Shown in pieces: positions 1-9,255 of a stretch of 64,000 bases of DNA. A model generated the notes under the pieces. The model had not been told where the DNA came from and ran no database searches. It was given only the letters and a program-made list of their open reading frames with translations. Position numbers and translations under genes: made by a program. Origin of the DNA: a virus (Duplodnaviria; Heunggongvirae; Uroviricota; Caudoviricetes); the IMG/VR virus record IMGVR_UViG_3300047444_000753, positions 69,256 through 133,255 of that record. One strand, written 5' to 3'. Numbering within the stretch: the first letter of the stretch is position 1; each line of letters begins with the position of its first letter.

Positions 1-1
1 G

Positions 2-394
2 GGCACCGATGAAGACGAGGGGACCCGCCCGGTCGTACACTCCATGGGGCTACACTACTGGGCCATTGAATCGGCTGTGCAACGTGTCGTGGACCACGGC
101 CCGCAACGGGATGACATGGACGTCTGGAACTTCTTCGAGCACGACTGGCACAAGGCCGGACCTGCCTGTGAGACACACCTGATGCAGTCGCGTAAGCGTC
201 TTGTACAGGGGAACTTCTCGGGAGAGGTGTTCAAACTTGTCCAAGAAAAGCAGGTCGGCGGGATGTCCATCGATGGTGACAGGTACTGGCGCAAGTCATC
301 CACCACGGGACGAGAGCACTGGTGCGAGCTGCCACCCGAGGAGACCTGCTACTGGTCCGGGGATCCGTACGCGCCCCACGAGCTGGGCTTCTAG
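2..394 (+). CDS. hypothetical protein, probably 5'-truncated by window edge
   Basis: Frame is open from base 2 through ATG 44 to TAG 394, which overlaps the next GTG. Confidence 0.6.
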   Translation, partial: GTDEDEGTRPVVHSMGLHYWAIESAVQRVVDHGPQRDDMDVWNFFEHDWHKAGPACETHLMQSRKRLVQGNFSGEVFKLVQEKQVGGMSIDGDRYWRKSSTTGREHWCELPPEETCYWSGDPYAPHELGF

Positions 395-675
395 TGGATG
401 GGGTGCGGGAGCTGATTCACCGCAGGCGCAGGCAGATCCTTGTGCACTCCATCATCTACTACGCCCGGGGTACGAACATCATCTCCGACGCGCAGTTCGA
501 TAACTGGAGCCACGAGCTGGTACAGCTGCAGGCGGACCACCCGGAGGACTCCGAGGCCGTGGAGTACATGCGTGAGGAGTTCCGGGACTTCACCGGGGAC
601 ACCGGGTTCCACCTGCCGCTGGCCAATGTGTGGGCACGGGGCGTGGCGAAGTCGCTGCTTCCCGGGTGGTCTTGA
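394..675 (+). CDS. stand-alone NAD-dependent DNA ligase domain Ia-like protein
   Basis: IIYYARGTNIISDAQFDNWSHELVQLQADHPE matches the LigA N-terminal YY-x6-ISDAxYD-x3-EL-x2-LE pattern; GTG 394 overlaps upstream stop; no adenylation domain follows. Confidence 0.7.
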   Translation: MDGVRELIHRRRRQILVHSIIYYARGTNIISDAQFDNWSHELVQLQADHPEDSEAVEYMREEFRDFTGDTGFHLPLANVWARGVAKSLLPGWS

Positions 676-700
676 CGGGCACGGAGTAATCACATACACT
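672..700 (+). promoter_or_regulatory. sigma70/SigA-type promoter
   Basis: TTGACG-N17-TACACT, followed by AAGGAG RBS and ATG 729. Confidence 0.75.
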
Positions 701-728
701 TGTAATACATACAACGAAGGAGAAACGC

Positions 729-830
729 ATGAACATCACCATGGACGCAAACACCACGTGGGTCCTGATCGTCGCCTGCTTCTGCGCCTACTGGTCCGTG
801 GCCGCGTGGGCAAACCGGGGCAAGTCATGA
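729..830 (+). CDS. small membrane protein (33 aa)
   Basis: AAGGAG RBS, one hydrophobic stretch, stop overlaps next ATG. Confidence 0.65.
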   Translation: MNITMDANTTWVLIVACFCAYWSVAAWANRGKS

Positions 831-1051
831 GCGCGGGCAAGTACACGGTCAACTGGGATGACCCGGCCTACCCCCGGATCGAGCGGGTGGCCCATGGCGG
901 GGTACGGTTCGCCGACGCCAAGCGCGAGGTCTACGACACGCTCTACGAGCAGATCGATGACCTGCGCTACACGATCGCGGCCATGCGCAGGCTCAAGGCC
1001 CGGGACGTGGAAGATGCCGAAGACTATGACCAATTTGATGAGGACGAATGA
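827..1051 (+). CDS. hypothetical protein
   Basis: ATGA overlap with previous gene; start trimmed from ORF 440..1051. Confidence 0.7.
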   Translation: MSAGKYTVNWDDPAYPRIERVAHGGVRFADAKREVYDTLYEQIDDLRYTIAAMRRLKARDVEDAEDYDQFDEDE

Positions 1052-1251
1052 GCACGAAGACACGCGTGGCGCAGGCCCTCAAGAAACTGAACAAGCCGGA
1101 CCTGAACTGGAACCACGAGTCGTGGGAGGGTGACGGCGAGCTCTACATCTCCATGGAGTCGGAGAGATCCGCACAGCTGTTGAGGGAAGCACTCTGGATG
1201 ATCTTCAAGTCCCAGCGCCGCCAGCTCATCCACAAGGGAAGGAAGCCATGA
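1048..1251 (+). CDS. hypothetical protein
   Basis: Stop/start overlaps at both ends, GAGGA RBS. Confidence 0.75.
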   Translation: MSTKTRVAQALKKLNKPDLNWNHESWEGDGELYISMESERSAQLLREALWMIFKSQRRQLIHKGRKP

Positions 1252-1484
1252 CTAGCCCCGTAGACATTCTGGTCCACCACGTGCTGCTCACCAGCCGGGG
1301 AGGCCTTGCCGCCTGTGCCGCCGAGGGCTGCCCGTGGGAGGACAGGTTCTGGGCAGGCAGGGACAGGTATGGCTTGGATCGCGGGGTTCCACTCTCCATC
1401 CGGGTCTCCCACGCGGAGCACCAGCTGGCCCTGTTGAACGGAACGGTGACGGAGCAGACCGAGACGCCGCGAGGCGGCTGGTAA
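1248..1484 (+). CDS. hypothetical protein (Cys/His-containing)
   Basis: Overlapping stop/start, GGAAG RBS. Confidence 0.7.
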   Translation: MTSPVDILVHHVLLTSRGGLAACAAEGCPWEDRFWAGRDRYGLDRGVPLSIRVSHAEHQLALLNGTVTEQTETPRGGW

Positions 1485-1696
1485 TGGACAAGATCCGGGT
1501 CTACCGGCGCAACCCTGTCGAGAACCGAATGGGGCTGTCAGTGAACCGACCGTGGATGGTGGCCAACGTTCCGGAGGACTATGGCCGGGAGACCTGCTGG
1601 CCGACTCTCTCTGACGCCTTGGACTGGGCCACCATGGATCCGAAGGTGCGCAAGGCGATCATTGAGAATGACCTGAAGATGGAGGGCGGCTGGTAG
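1484..1696 (+). CDS. hypothetical protein
   Basis: TAATG overlap; stop abuts next -35 box. Confidence 0.7.
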   Translation: MDKIRVYRRNPVENRMGLSVNRPWMVANVPEDYGRETCWPTLSDALDWATMDPKVRKAIIENDLKMEGGW

Positions 1697-1761
1697 TTGA
1701 CATCTGTCTGCTCTGGACTTATGCTTAGTGTACAAGGAAAACGACGACAAAGGGATTAGGT

Positions 1762-2058
1762 ATGGCGAAGAACAGAATGGCAGCGGAGCGGGCGATGATC
1801 ATCTCCGACACCTTCAAGGAGATCATCCGGCTGCGGCAGGAGATCTCCCTGAAGATGGGCGTGATCAAGGCGCTCGTGGAGGCCGACAAGCATCCGGACC
1901 ACCCGGCGCAGCAGGTGATCAACCTGATGCTGGCACACGAACTGGCGTTCCATCGGGAGTTCACCGGGCACCAGTCGGCATGGCACAACGTGGCCTTTGC
2001 CCGGGGCTTCTTCGACATCGAAGAGGGTCCGAAGAAACTCAGTAAGTCGGACCAGTGA
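1762..2058 (+). CDS. hypothetical protein
   Basis: First gene after promoter 1697. Confidence 0.75.
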   Translation: MAKNRMAAERAMIISDTFKEIIRLRQEISLKMGVIKALVEADKHPDHPAQQVINLMLAHELAFHREFTGHQSAWHNVAFARGFFDIEEGPKKLSKSDQ

Positions 2059-2282
2059 TGCATCGGTACTGGCACTTCTGGGTGGCCCTTGTACTGATGG
2101 TTCTCTCGGTGGTGACCTACCTTGTCGGGGCACACCTGTGGGCGTCCTACGATGAGGTGGGGCCGGGGTGGATACTGTTCGTCGGCGCTGCGGTGATGCA
2201 GGGGGCATCACTAAGCCTGCTCTCAAGGATGGACTACCTGCGGCGCAAAGCAGATACAGTCGGCAGACACTCGGGGGGATGA
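2055..2282 (+). CDS. membrane protein (2 TM)
   Basis: Two hydrophobic segments; GTGA overlap. Confidence 0.7.
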   Translation: MMHRYWHFWVALVLMVLSVVTYLVGAHLWASYDEVGPGWILFVGAAVMQGASLSLLSRMDYLRRKADTVGRHSGG

Positions 2283-2283
2283 A

Positions 2284-2502
2284 GTGAGGGAGATACGCAC
2301 GAAGGAGGACGGGACTCCATGCTGGGAGTGGCGGCTTGCTTGGAAGATCGAGGAGTTCTTCTGGGACTTCATCGAGGCGCTGGAGGACTATACCAAGGCT
2401 CTGTGGCATCTGCTGACGAATCCGGCCATGGCATTGTTCCTTGGATTCATGACGGGGCTTTTTGTAATTTCTGTAATGGGCACGAAGTGGTGGGGCTGGT
2501 GA
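2284..2502 (+). CDS. membrane protein
   Basis: C-terminal hydrophobic helix. Confidence 0.65.
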   Translation: MREIRTKEDGTPCWEWRLAWKIEEFFWDFIEALEDYTKALWHLLTNPAMALFLGFMTGLFVISVMGTKWWGW

Positions 2503-2667
2503 CCGGGTTCACGGACGGCTACGGCTGGATTGAAACGGACGGCCCTGTTGAGGTGGTCACACGGCTCAGTGAGCTTGACTGGCTGGTAAAGATTATCAAC
2601 GACACCTGCGTTGACAGATCTGTCTAAACCATATACACTTGTACTAACAGACCAACAAGGGAGAAAC

Positions 2668-3132
2668 ATGAAGCAGATTTTTGAAAAGGGCGACCGGGTC
2701 AAGCTGGTCGGGGGCGAGTATTCCGGGAACTTCATCGGGACCAGCGGGACCGTATCATACGTCGTCCCGGTACCCCACGATGACGGGAGTTTCACGGTAA
2801 CCTATGTCCTCGATTCCGAGAGCCAGATCCGGATGAATCGTGTCCCCGGATTCGGTGTCCAGTGCAACTCGAAAAACTTGAAGTACCTCAAGCCCAAGGA
2901 CAAGAACAAGGAAGCCAAGATCGATGTCAAGTTCGCCAAGAAGGTGGACAAGCTAGTGGACAAGCTGGTGAAGCTCGCGATGAAGGCCAACATGACCAAG
3001 CGGGAGCAGGAGCTGGTTTCGGCACTGGATAGGACGCTGGAGGCGCTGGATGTTCTGGCGTACATCGAAAGCACGGAGCCTGACGTCAACATTGCCAAGC
3101 TCAAGAAGTCCATGCTGGTGGAACTGCGATGA
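2668..3132 (+). CDS. SH3/KOW-like domain protein with helical C-terminus
   Basis: FEKGDRVKLVGGEYSG...GTV; promoter 2611 and GGGAG RBS. Confidence 0.8.
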   Translation: MKQIFEKGDRVKLVGGEYSGNFIGTSGTVSYVVPVPHDDGSFTVTYVLDSESQIRMNRVPGFGVQCNSKNLKYLKPKDKNKEAKIDVKFAKKVDKLVDKLVKLAMKANMTKREQELVSALDRTLEALDVLAYIESTEPDVNIAKLKKSMLVELR

Positions 3133-3449
3133 ACAAGACACGACAGGAAAAGCTGGAGGACCTGCGCTCGGTGGAGACGCTGCTCTGGACCCGGCACCGC
3201 GAGGAGCAGGTCTTCAATCTGGAGACGTACGGGGCACGCGAGTATGACTCGACGGAGCCCACAAGCTACTCGCAGGCGGCGACGGCTATGGCGCAGCTGC
3301 TGGACATGGTGGAGGAGCTGCTGGAGCTGGCGGACGAGGACTTCGCCGCTGCCGACATACAGGGAGCACCACACAGCACCGCCAAGACCTACACGGCGAA
3401 CGTGCTGCAGATCATCGATGAGCATCTGGCCGACGACGAGGATGCATGA
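3129..3449 (+). CDS. hypothetical protein
   Basis: ATGA overlaps at both ends. Confidence 0.75.
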   Translation: MNKTRQEKLEDLRSVETLLWTRHREEQVFNLETYGAREYDSTEPTSYSQAATAMAQLLDMVEELLELADEDFAAADIQGAPHSTAKTYTANVLQIIDEHLADDEDA

Positions 3450-3724
3450 TGGCGACCCCCACGGATACACTGGCCAAGGAGATCAGCAGGTTCGACACGA
3501 TCACCGGGACCCACACACCGTTCAACGCGATCGAGGCGCTGCTGATCGACAAGTTGAAGGCAGCCACCCGCGTACTGGAGATGATCGAGGGGCTGGATGA
3601 CGAGGTTAAGATCGGCGATCGGTCCTATGCCCAGACCGTGGACGTCGCCCGCCTCAAGACACTTACGGTGCTCGCACTCCGCACACCGGGGAAAATGATC
3701 AATCTGGATGGGAACAAGGCATGA
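3446..3724 (+). CDS. hypothetical protein
   Basis: GAGGA RBS, overlapping stop/start. Confidence 0.75.
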   Translation: MMATPTDTLAKEISRFDTITGTHTPFNAIEALLIDKLKAATRVLEMIEGLDDEVKIGDRSYAQTVDVARLKTLTVLALRTPGKMINLDGNKA

Positions 3725-4032
3725 CAAACTGGATACTGGACAAGGACTTCAAGGTCGGGGACCGGGTCGAGTCGCGGGACGGGACGTTCCGGGGCAACAT
3801 CACGAAGATCGAGGAGTCGGCGGAGAAGTGGCCCTACACGGTCGAGAACGGCAGCGGTGGGGAAGCGCTCTTCAGCGCGTCCGAGCTGCGCAAGACGGAT
3901 CTGGAGATCTCGCTGGTCTCGGTCTCGGAGGCGCTGGCACAGCTGGACGTGATGATCGATGCCAAGCAGAAGGAGCTGGCCACCCTGCTGATGTCCCGGC
4001 GCGTGCTGGAGCAGGTGGAAGACCATGGCTGA
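3721..4032 (+). CDS. SH3/KOW-like domain protein
   Basis: FKVGDRVESRDGTFRGNITKI followed by a coiled segment. Confidence 0.75.
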   Translation: MTNWILDKDFKVGDRVESRDGTFRGNITKIEESAEKWPYTVENGSGGEALFSASELRKTDLEISLVSVSEALAQLDVMIDAKQKELATLLMSRRVLEQVEDHG

Positions 4033-4327
4033 GACGGAACCTGTCGAGATCGGATTCCTGTGCCGGAGAGGGCACTTCATCTTTTACGATGAGCCGGACG
4101 TGGACACGTCGTGCGGATCCAAACGCATGGCCGGGATCTTCGTGGTGCCCGAGGAGGGTGTGTATCCGCACTACTTCGCCGATGCACTGGCTGATGCCCG
4201 GGAGGACTTCGGGGAAGATCTGGGACGGATGTATCCACCAGAACCCGAGTCATGGTCCCGCGAGGACCGGGAGATCTTCAACAAGTTTGAGTCCGACGAG
4301 ATGGCAAGGATCCGGGGCGAGGCGTAA
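4025..4327 (+). CDS. hypothetical acidic protein
   Basis: GGAAG RBS; ends before terminator. Confidence 0.7.
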   Translation: MAETEPVEIGFLCRRGHFIFYDEPDVDTSCGSKRMAGIFVVPEEGVYPHYFADALADAREDFGEDLGRMYPPEPESWSREDREIFNKFESDEMARIRGEA

Positions 4328-4334
4328 TAAGGAC

Positions 4335-4359
4335 GGGCACCTGAGGGTGCCTTTTCTTT
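4335..4359 (+). terminator. intrinsic terminator
   Basis: GGGCACC-TGAG-GGTGCCT followed by TTTCTTT. Confidence 0.75.
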
Positions 4360-4431
4360 GGGCCGGTAGTTGACATCCTTGTATGGAGGGCGTACTCTTT
4401 TAGTAAGAGACCAACAACAAAGGAGCAAATA

Positions 4432-4656
4432 ATGGCGAACGCTGACGGAACCAACATGTTCATCCAGTACAAGGGCACGGACCTGTGTGCCGACCTCTGG
4501 TGCGAGTGCGGGAAGCACCTGCACGTGGATGACTACTTTGCCTACGCCGTGCAGTGCCCGAGCTGCAAGGCAATCTACGAGCTGCCCCAGCTGGTCACGG
4601 CGGTCAAGGTGGCGACCACCACGTTCCCCGTGCTGGTGCTGGATGATGAGGACTAG
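4432..4656 (+). CDS. zinc-ribbon-like protein
   Basis: CECG and CPSC pairs; promoter 4370 plus AAGGAG. Confidence 0.75.
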   Translation: MANADGTNMFIQYKGTDLCADLWCECGKHLHVDDYFAYAVQCPSCKAIYELPQLVTAVKVATTTFPVLVLDDED

Positions 4657-4871
4657 TGGCCTACTGCACGGACCCCAAGAACCACAAGAAGGGCTGGTGG
4701 AGCGACCCCGGACGCTTCACGCACTTCGACTACCGCAGGAAGCGGATCATCCCGTCAAGGACGGCGTGGGTGCACTGCGAGTTCTGCCACAACCACTGGG
4801 GCACCACCAACAAGGAACTGGTGGACCAGTTGCCGATGCAGCGACCGGAGGTTGACAAGGGTCTACAGTAG
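4656..4871 (+). CDS. small Cys/His protein
   Basis: CEFCHNHW motif; TAGTG overlap. Confidence 0.65.
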   Translation: MAYCTDPKNHKKGWWSDPGRFTHFDYRRKRIIPSRTAWVHCEFCHNHWGTTNKELVDQLPMQRPEVDKGLQ

Positions 4872-4913
4872 ACCTACACTTTTAGTAATAGACCAACAAC
4901 AAAGGAGAAGGAC

Positions 4914-5303
4914 ATGAGCTTCAAGACAGGCGACAAGGTACGCGTCGTACAAGGAAACAGCCGCTACTACAATCAGGTGGGCACCGTCGTGAACACCTAC
5001 GAGGACAACGCCGGACATCTCGTGGAACTGGACAGCGGCCTGCAGCGGTCCTTCTTCAACCACGAGCTGGGTCTGGACAACCCGCTGATCGATCTGGCGG
5101 AGACGCTGAACAATGCGCGTATGCAGGCCAACGCGATCCCGGAGATGGCACCGCAGGGCGGGGTCTACGGCGACATCTCGCAGATAATGGTCGAGGTGCT
5201 GTGCACGATCACCGGGCGGTTCGAGGTGGGGGATATCTACGACTCGCTGAACGACGGCAACACCGTCCGTGAAGCACTCGCGCTGGCGGAGGTGGCAGAG
5301 TGA
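4914..5303 (+). CDS. SH3/KOW-like domain protein
   Basis: FKTGDKVRVVQGNSRYYNQVGTVV; promoter 4852. Confidence 0.8.
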   Translation: MSFKTGDKVRVVQGNSRYYNQVGTVVNTYEDNAGHLVELDSGLQRSFFNHELGLDNPLIDLAETLNNARMQANAIPEMAPQGGVYGDISQIMVEVLCTITGRFEVGDIYDSLNDGNTVREALALAEVAE

Positions 5304-5665
5304 TTGATGAAGAAACGCTGAAGCTGTATGAGTCGATGGCGCAGAACCTGAGGGTCCTTCACGTTGAGCATGGCATCAACCCTCCGATCATTCTGCGGAT
5401 GGCGGACCAGACGGAAAAGCTGGTGGAGGAGGTGCGGCGGTTGCGCGTACTGGTGGGTATACAGGAACAGCCCTTCAAGGTTGGGGACCGCGTGGAGGAA
5501 ATCTGCGAGGGCGAGCTTGAGGAAGTGCCGGTCGGCACGGTGGTCGAGCTGGAGGATCACAGGGGCGCGACACTGTTCAGGATCAAGCTGGAGAACACCA
5601 AGCATGCCGGACTGGAAATCCTGTACTGGCAAGACGAAATCAAGAAGATCGAGGAGGGGCAGTAA
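5300..5665 (+). CDS. protein with C-terminal SH3-like domain
   Basis: FKVGDRVEEI...GTVVEL. Confidence 0.75.
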   Translation: MIDEETLKLYESMAQNLRVLHVEHGINPPIILRMADQTEKLVEEVRRLRVLVGIQEQPFKVGDRVEEICEGELEEVPVGTVVELEDHRGATLFRIKLENTKHAGLEILYWQDEIKKIEEGQ

Positions 5666-5835
5666 TGACGCAGAGATTCGGCCCGTGGGATGACGCACTG
5701 AACCGGGAGCTGCTGGACAAGATCAAGGAGATCGTGGCTGAGTATCGGAGCGATGACGGCGGGTATATCTTCGCCGAGGATGCGCTCGATGCCATCGCGG
5801 CATCCATCAACGAGACGGAAGGGACTGATCTGTAG
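5665..5835 (+). CDS. hypothetical protein (56 aa)
   Basis: GAGGAG RBS, TAATG and TAGTG overlaps. Confidence 0.7.
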   Translation: MTQRFGPWDDALNRELLDKIKEIVAEYRSDDGGYIFAEDALDAIAASINETEGTDL

Positions 5836-6212
5836 TGGCTTGGGAAGAAGAGTACAAGGCGAAGCTGCGGGACTTCATGGCCCGCAAGGGGACCCCTGCG
5901 AAGATCAACCGGGACGCGGAATCGGACTGGAACCGGGTCAGCGTCTACGGCTGGATCTCGACGGACTACCGGCACATCTACGATGACCAGTGCTCGTGGG
6001 TGGTGCCGGAGGGTGCACGCTTGGAGGAGCACACCTACTCACAGTTCACCGATACGTTCCACGACAACGCGGACGAGGTGGGCATCGAGGCCTACCCGGT
6101 GCACTGCGCGTGCGGGCAGAAGCAGGACGTGACCCTGCGCTACACGGGATCCTTGGGAGACGTGATCCAAGACATCATCGGGATCAACTACTCCAACGGG
6201 ATCGATCTGTAG
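5835..6212 (+). CDS. hypothetical protein
   Basis: Overlapping start; typical codon usage. Confidence 0.75.
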   Translation: MAWEEEYKAKLRDFMARKGTPAKINRDAESDWNRVSVYGWISTDYRHIYDDQCSWVVPEGARLEEHTYSQFTDTFHDNADEVGIEAYPVHCACGQKQDVTLRYTGSLGDVIQDIIGINYSNGIDL

Positions 6213-6253
6213 CGTTGTAAGAAATACAAAACACTATTACAAAGGAGAGACGG

Positions 6254-6712
6254 ATGGGACTGGATCAGGCAATACGGAAGCTGTCGCCGGAGCTTGCGGC
6301 GAAGATCATCAAGCGGCAGGAACTCGGCTGGAACAGGCTGGACGATGCCGACAGTGAGGAGTGGGAGCTGACCCGCGAGGAATACCGCAGCATGGAGCAG
6401 CTGTGGACCGGGCGCAAGGAGAACCACATCCAGCGGGCCATCGAGGACATCACCGGGCAGACCGTGGAGAACTGCGACTACCTGCTGCTGACCAAGCGCC
6501 ACGTCGAGCTGCTCGTGTCGCGGCTGAACGGGGTGAGCGGTGACCATGGGCGGGCTACCGAACTGCTGCCGACGCAGGACGGGTTCTTCTTCGGCGGGAC
6601 CGAGTATAGCGAGCGGTACTTTCAGGACATCGAGGACGAGCTGGAGGCCTTCGAGAACATCCTTGAGGGCTGGGACGACGATGCCCACTACGCGTACTGG
6701 GCATGGTGGTAG
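6254..6712 (+). CDS. hypothetical acidic protein
   Basis: AAGGAG RBS; GFFFGGTEYSERYFQDIE...YxAWW phage-type motif. Confidence 0.8.
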   Translation: MGLDQAIRKLSPELAAKIIKRQELGWNRLDDADSEEWELTREEYRSMEQLWTGRKENHIQRAIEDITGQTVENCDYLLLTKRHVELLVSRLNGVSGDHGRATELLPTQDGFFFGGTEYSERYFQDIEDELEAFENILEGWDDDAHYAYWAWW

Positions 6713-6726
6713 CCTGCTGAGTGAGA

Positions 6727-6750
6727 GGGACATCTCCGGGTGTCCCTCTT
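6727..6750 (+). terminator. hairpin, probable terminator
   Basis: GAGGGACA-TCTCCGGG-TGTCCCTC. Confidence 0.5.
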
Positions 6751-6812
6751 GCGTTGTGTGATACAACCGTGTATGCTGAATACATAAGGAACCAACGACA
6801 AAGGAGCACACC

Positions 6813-7208
6813 ATGGAAGACCCCTACAACCTCGACCTGACCACCCCCGATGCCTACGCCAAGAACTACGGCGTGGACGTGGAGAAGAACGAACACGACC
6901 CGCAGTACGGGCAGATCAACCTGAAGTTCCGGCACAACAGTTTCCAGAGCACGCAACTGATGATGGGACTGGAGCAGGCCAAGGAGCTGCACGAGAAGCT
7001 GGGCTCGGTGATCATTGAGCTGGAAGGATCGAAGCCGGTGGCTGGAATCACGGTCGGCACCGTGGTCAGGATCCTTGTCAGCTCGCACGCTGACCTGATC
7101 GGACGGACGGGCGTGGTCACGTACATCATGCCGAGCGGGAGCCTGCAGGTGGATCTTGGCAACGAGGCCCTGATCACCGAAACGAAATTGGTAGAGGTGG
7201 TGAAGTAA
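6813..7208 (+). CDS. protein with C-terminal SH3/KOW-like domain
   Basis: ITVGTVVRILVSSHADLIGRTGVV; AAGGAG RBS. Confidence 0.8.
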   Translation: MEDPYNLDLTTPDAYAKNYGVDVEKNEHDPQYGQINLKFRHNSFQSTQLMMGLEQAKELHEKLGSVIIELEGSKPVAGITVGTVVRILVSSHADLIGRTGVVTYIMPSGSLQVDLGNEALITETKLVEVVK

Positions 7209-7516
7209 TGGCGGACTTCAACGACGAGATGCGCTATGACCCGGAGCTGCGGGCCAAGGTGGCGGAGGTCCACAGGGCACGGCAGGCGATGCTGCTCAAG
7301 GCTGCGAGGCAGCTGAGGGATCTCAGCGAGCAGATGCGCGGACTCGGGATGTATGTGGACGACTCGATCTACAACCGCTGCTGGCAGGAGGTATGTTTGG
7401 CGGCGTCTTCGGTGGAACGGGATGCTGAGTTCATGCAGAAGATCGGTGGGGAGACCTACATCGGCAACCTTGCCGCTGGACATCTGGGGCATCTGATCGA
7501 GGGGAAGGAATGGTAA
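7208..7516 (+). CDS. hypothetical protein
   Basis: TAATG overlaps. Confidence 0.75.
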   Translation: MADFNDEMRYDPELRAKVAEVHRARQAMLLKAARQLRDLSEQMRGLGMYVDDSIYNRCWQEVCLAASSVERDAEFMQKIGGETYIGNLAAGHLGHLIEGKEW

Positions 7517-7887
7517 TGGACCTCTCACGGAGAGCGGCCAAGGTCTACGCGGACTTCAACGGGTACTTCTGGCTGCCCTGCCCGTACCCCGGATGTGGGC
7601 GCATGTTCGGCGGACACGAGGCCGGGAAGTACGTAATGCAGTACCCGGACGAGCCATCGTCGGGCAAGATGTGCTGCAAGCTCCACGACGAGGTCACACC
7701 CGAGAAGGTGTTCCTGCGCACGGGGGAGTGGGGGGAGCAGCTGACGCTGGCGGAGAACTACCACCCAGAGCCCGTGTTCACTGTCCCGGTGGGTACCGAG
7801 GTGCGGACAAGGTCCGGAGTGTTCCCGTCCGTCCCGTACGTCAAGCAGCAGGACGGCAGCTGGAAACCGAAGTACGGCACGGAGTAG
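7516..7887 (+). CDS. Cys/His-containing protein
   Basis: CPYPGCGRMFGGHE motif; TAATG overlap. Confidence 0.7.
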   Translation: MDLSRRAAKVYADFNGYFWLPCPYPGCGRMFGGHEAGKYVMQYPDEPSSGKMCCKLHDEVTPEKVFLRTGEWGEQLTLAENYHPEPVFTVPVGTEVRTRSGVFPSVPYVKQQDGSWKPKYGTE

Positions 7888-7960
7888 GCAGGTATTGCAC
7901 ACTGGGAGACAAGTGTGTATGATGTATACAGAAGGATCAACCACTACAAAGGAGACAACC

Positions 7961-8350
7961 ATGGCACACATGACCGACAGCGAAGCCAAGGAAATCATCA
8001 ACAGTCTGGCCGGGGAGATGCTGGCGGACGTGGCCGCGCTGACGCGCCGGATCCCGGAGCTGCAAGAGGACTTCGAGAAGGACCCGTGGCCGGACACCAA
8101 GGTGCAGATCACCCGCCTGAAGGATCGACTGGCCAAGCGTGACGGACAGGTAACGGCGCTTATCATCGCGATGGAGAAGTTCGGTGAGCCCGTCCCGGAG
8201 GCCTACGACATGGACAAGGCGTGGCGGTTCGTGGCGGACTCCTATGACGGCATGGCCTACTCGCCGACCCGGAGCGAATGGCTGGACAAGGAGATCTTGG
8301 AGTTTGTCCGGGAGCACCACGTCGATGGACTGGACGCGTTCAAGCGGTGA
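7961..8350 (+). CDS. hypothetical protein
   Basis: AAGGAG RBS after promoter-like sequence. Confidence 0.8.
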   Translation: MAHMTDSEAKEIINSLAGEMLADVAALTRRIPELQEDFEKDPWPDTKVQITRLKDRLAKRDGQVTALIIAMEKFGEPVPEAYDMDKAWRFVADSYDGMAYSPTRSEWLDKEILEFVREHHVDGLDAFKR

Positions 8351-8520
8351 TGGAACTGATGCTCTGTGAGGCGTGGACCTCACACGATGACACCGGGGAG
8401 GGCGAGATGACCTTCTACCACGAGTGCGGCAAGGGCTTGGACCACAGGGGCACGCACAGCTGCATCGGACACATGGACCTGAATACACACGAAGCAGACA
8501 GCTGCAGATGGGAGTGGTAA
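8350..8520 (+). CDS. small Cys/His protein
   Basis: TGATG and TAATG overlaps. Confidence 0.6.
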   Translation: MELMLCEAWTSHDDTGEGEMTFYHECGKGLDHRGTHSCIGHMDLNTHEADSCRWEW

Positions 8521-8699
8521 TGGAAGACTTTGAAGTAGGGGAGACAGTGCGGATCAACGTGCCCGGGGAGTCCGAGCATGAGCGGACGGGCGTGGTGACG
8601 GGCACCTCGCACTATGCCTTCGGCGACCGGGTCTGGGTCGATCTCGGGGACGTGACGTGGCAGTACAGTCCCGGGGAACTGGTGAGGGAGAGCAAGTGA
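8520..8699 (+). CDS. SH3/KOW-like protein
   Basis: FEVGETVRINVPGESEHERTGVV. Confidence 0.75.
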   Translation: MEDFEVGETVRINVPGESEHERTGVVTGTSHYAFGDRVWVDLGDVTWQYSPGELVRESK

Positions 8700-8893
8700 G
8701 TGCACTGATTGCCTATGGGATACAAGCCATGCTGTGTCTGATGGCCGTGGTGTGTCTGGCCCCGCTGTCGAAGGTGCTCAAGGATGACGGGGCACCGGAG
8801 ATGGTCGCGGCGATTCCGCTGGGTCTGGCCGTGCTGTTCTTTGTCGGGATGCTGCATGCCCTGTACAAGTTCTGGAGGACGGAGAGCAAATGA
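8696..8893 (+). CDS. membrane protein (2 TM)
   Basis: GTGA overlap, two hydrophobic segments. Confidence 0.7.
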   Translation: MSALIAYGIQAMLCLMAVVCLAPLSKVLKDDGAPEMVAAIPLGLAVLFFVGMLHALYKFWRTESK

Positions 8894-9198
8894 GCACGGA
8901 GCTTGACCTAGACCTGCGCACGCTGGTGGGGGAGATTCCCGCGCAGCCGTGCGAGTCGGCCAACCACGGCCACCCGACCTTGGGGGTGAACCACGACGAC
9001 GGACCCGCCACGCACTACCTGCAGATGATGCACGAGTGCTCGTGGATGCCCAAGGGGGACATCTACGCTGGCTGTCAGAAGACCGCGACTCGGGCCGCAC
9101 TCAACATGACCCGGGATATCAACTGCATGGACTGCGGCACCCGCAGCATATTGCCCGGAGAATGGATCCGCGTGGTAGGGCCGATTGGCAATGGTTGA
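8890..9198 (+). CDS. putative zinc-binding protein
   Basis: Several Cys/His clusters including CMDCG. Confidence 0.7.
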   Translation: MSTELDLDLRTLVGEIPAQPCESANHGHPTLGVNHDDGPATHYLQMMHECSWMPKGDIYAGCQKTATRAALNMTRDINCMDCGTRSILPGEWIRVVGPIGNG

Positions 9199-9255
9199 CA
9201 TGTAGATACACTAGGCTTATGCTTAGTGTATAAGGAAAGCTAACTAAGGAGAACC

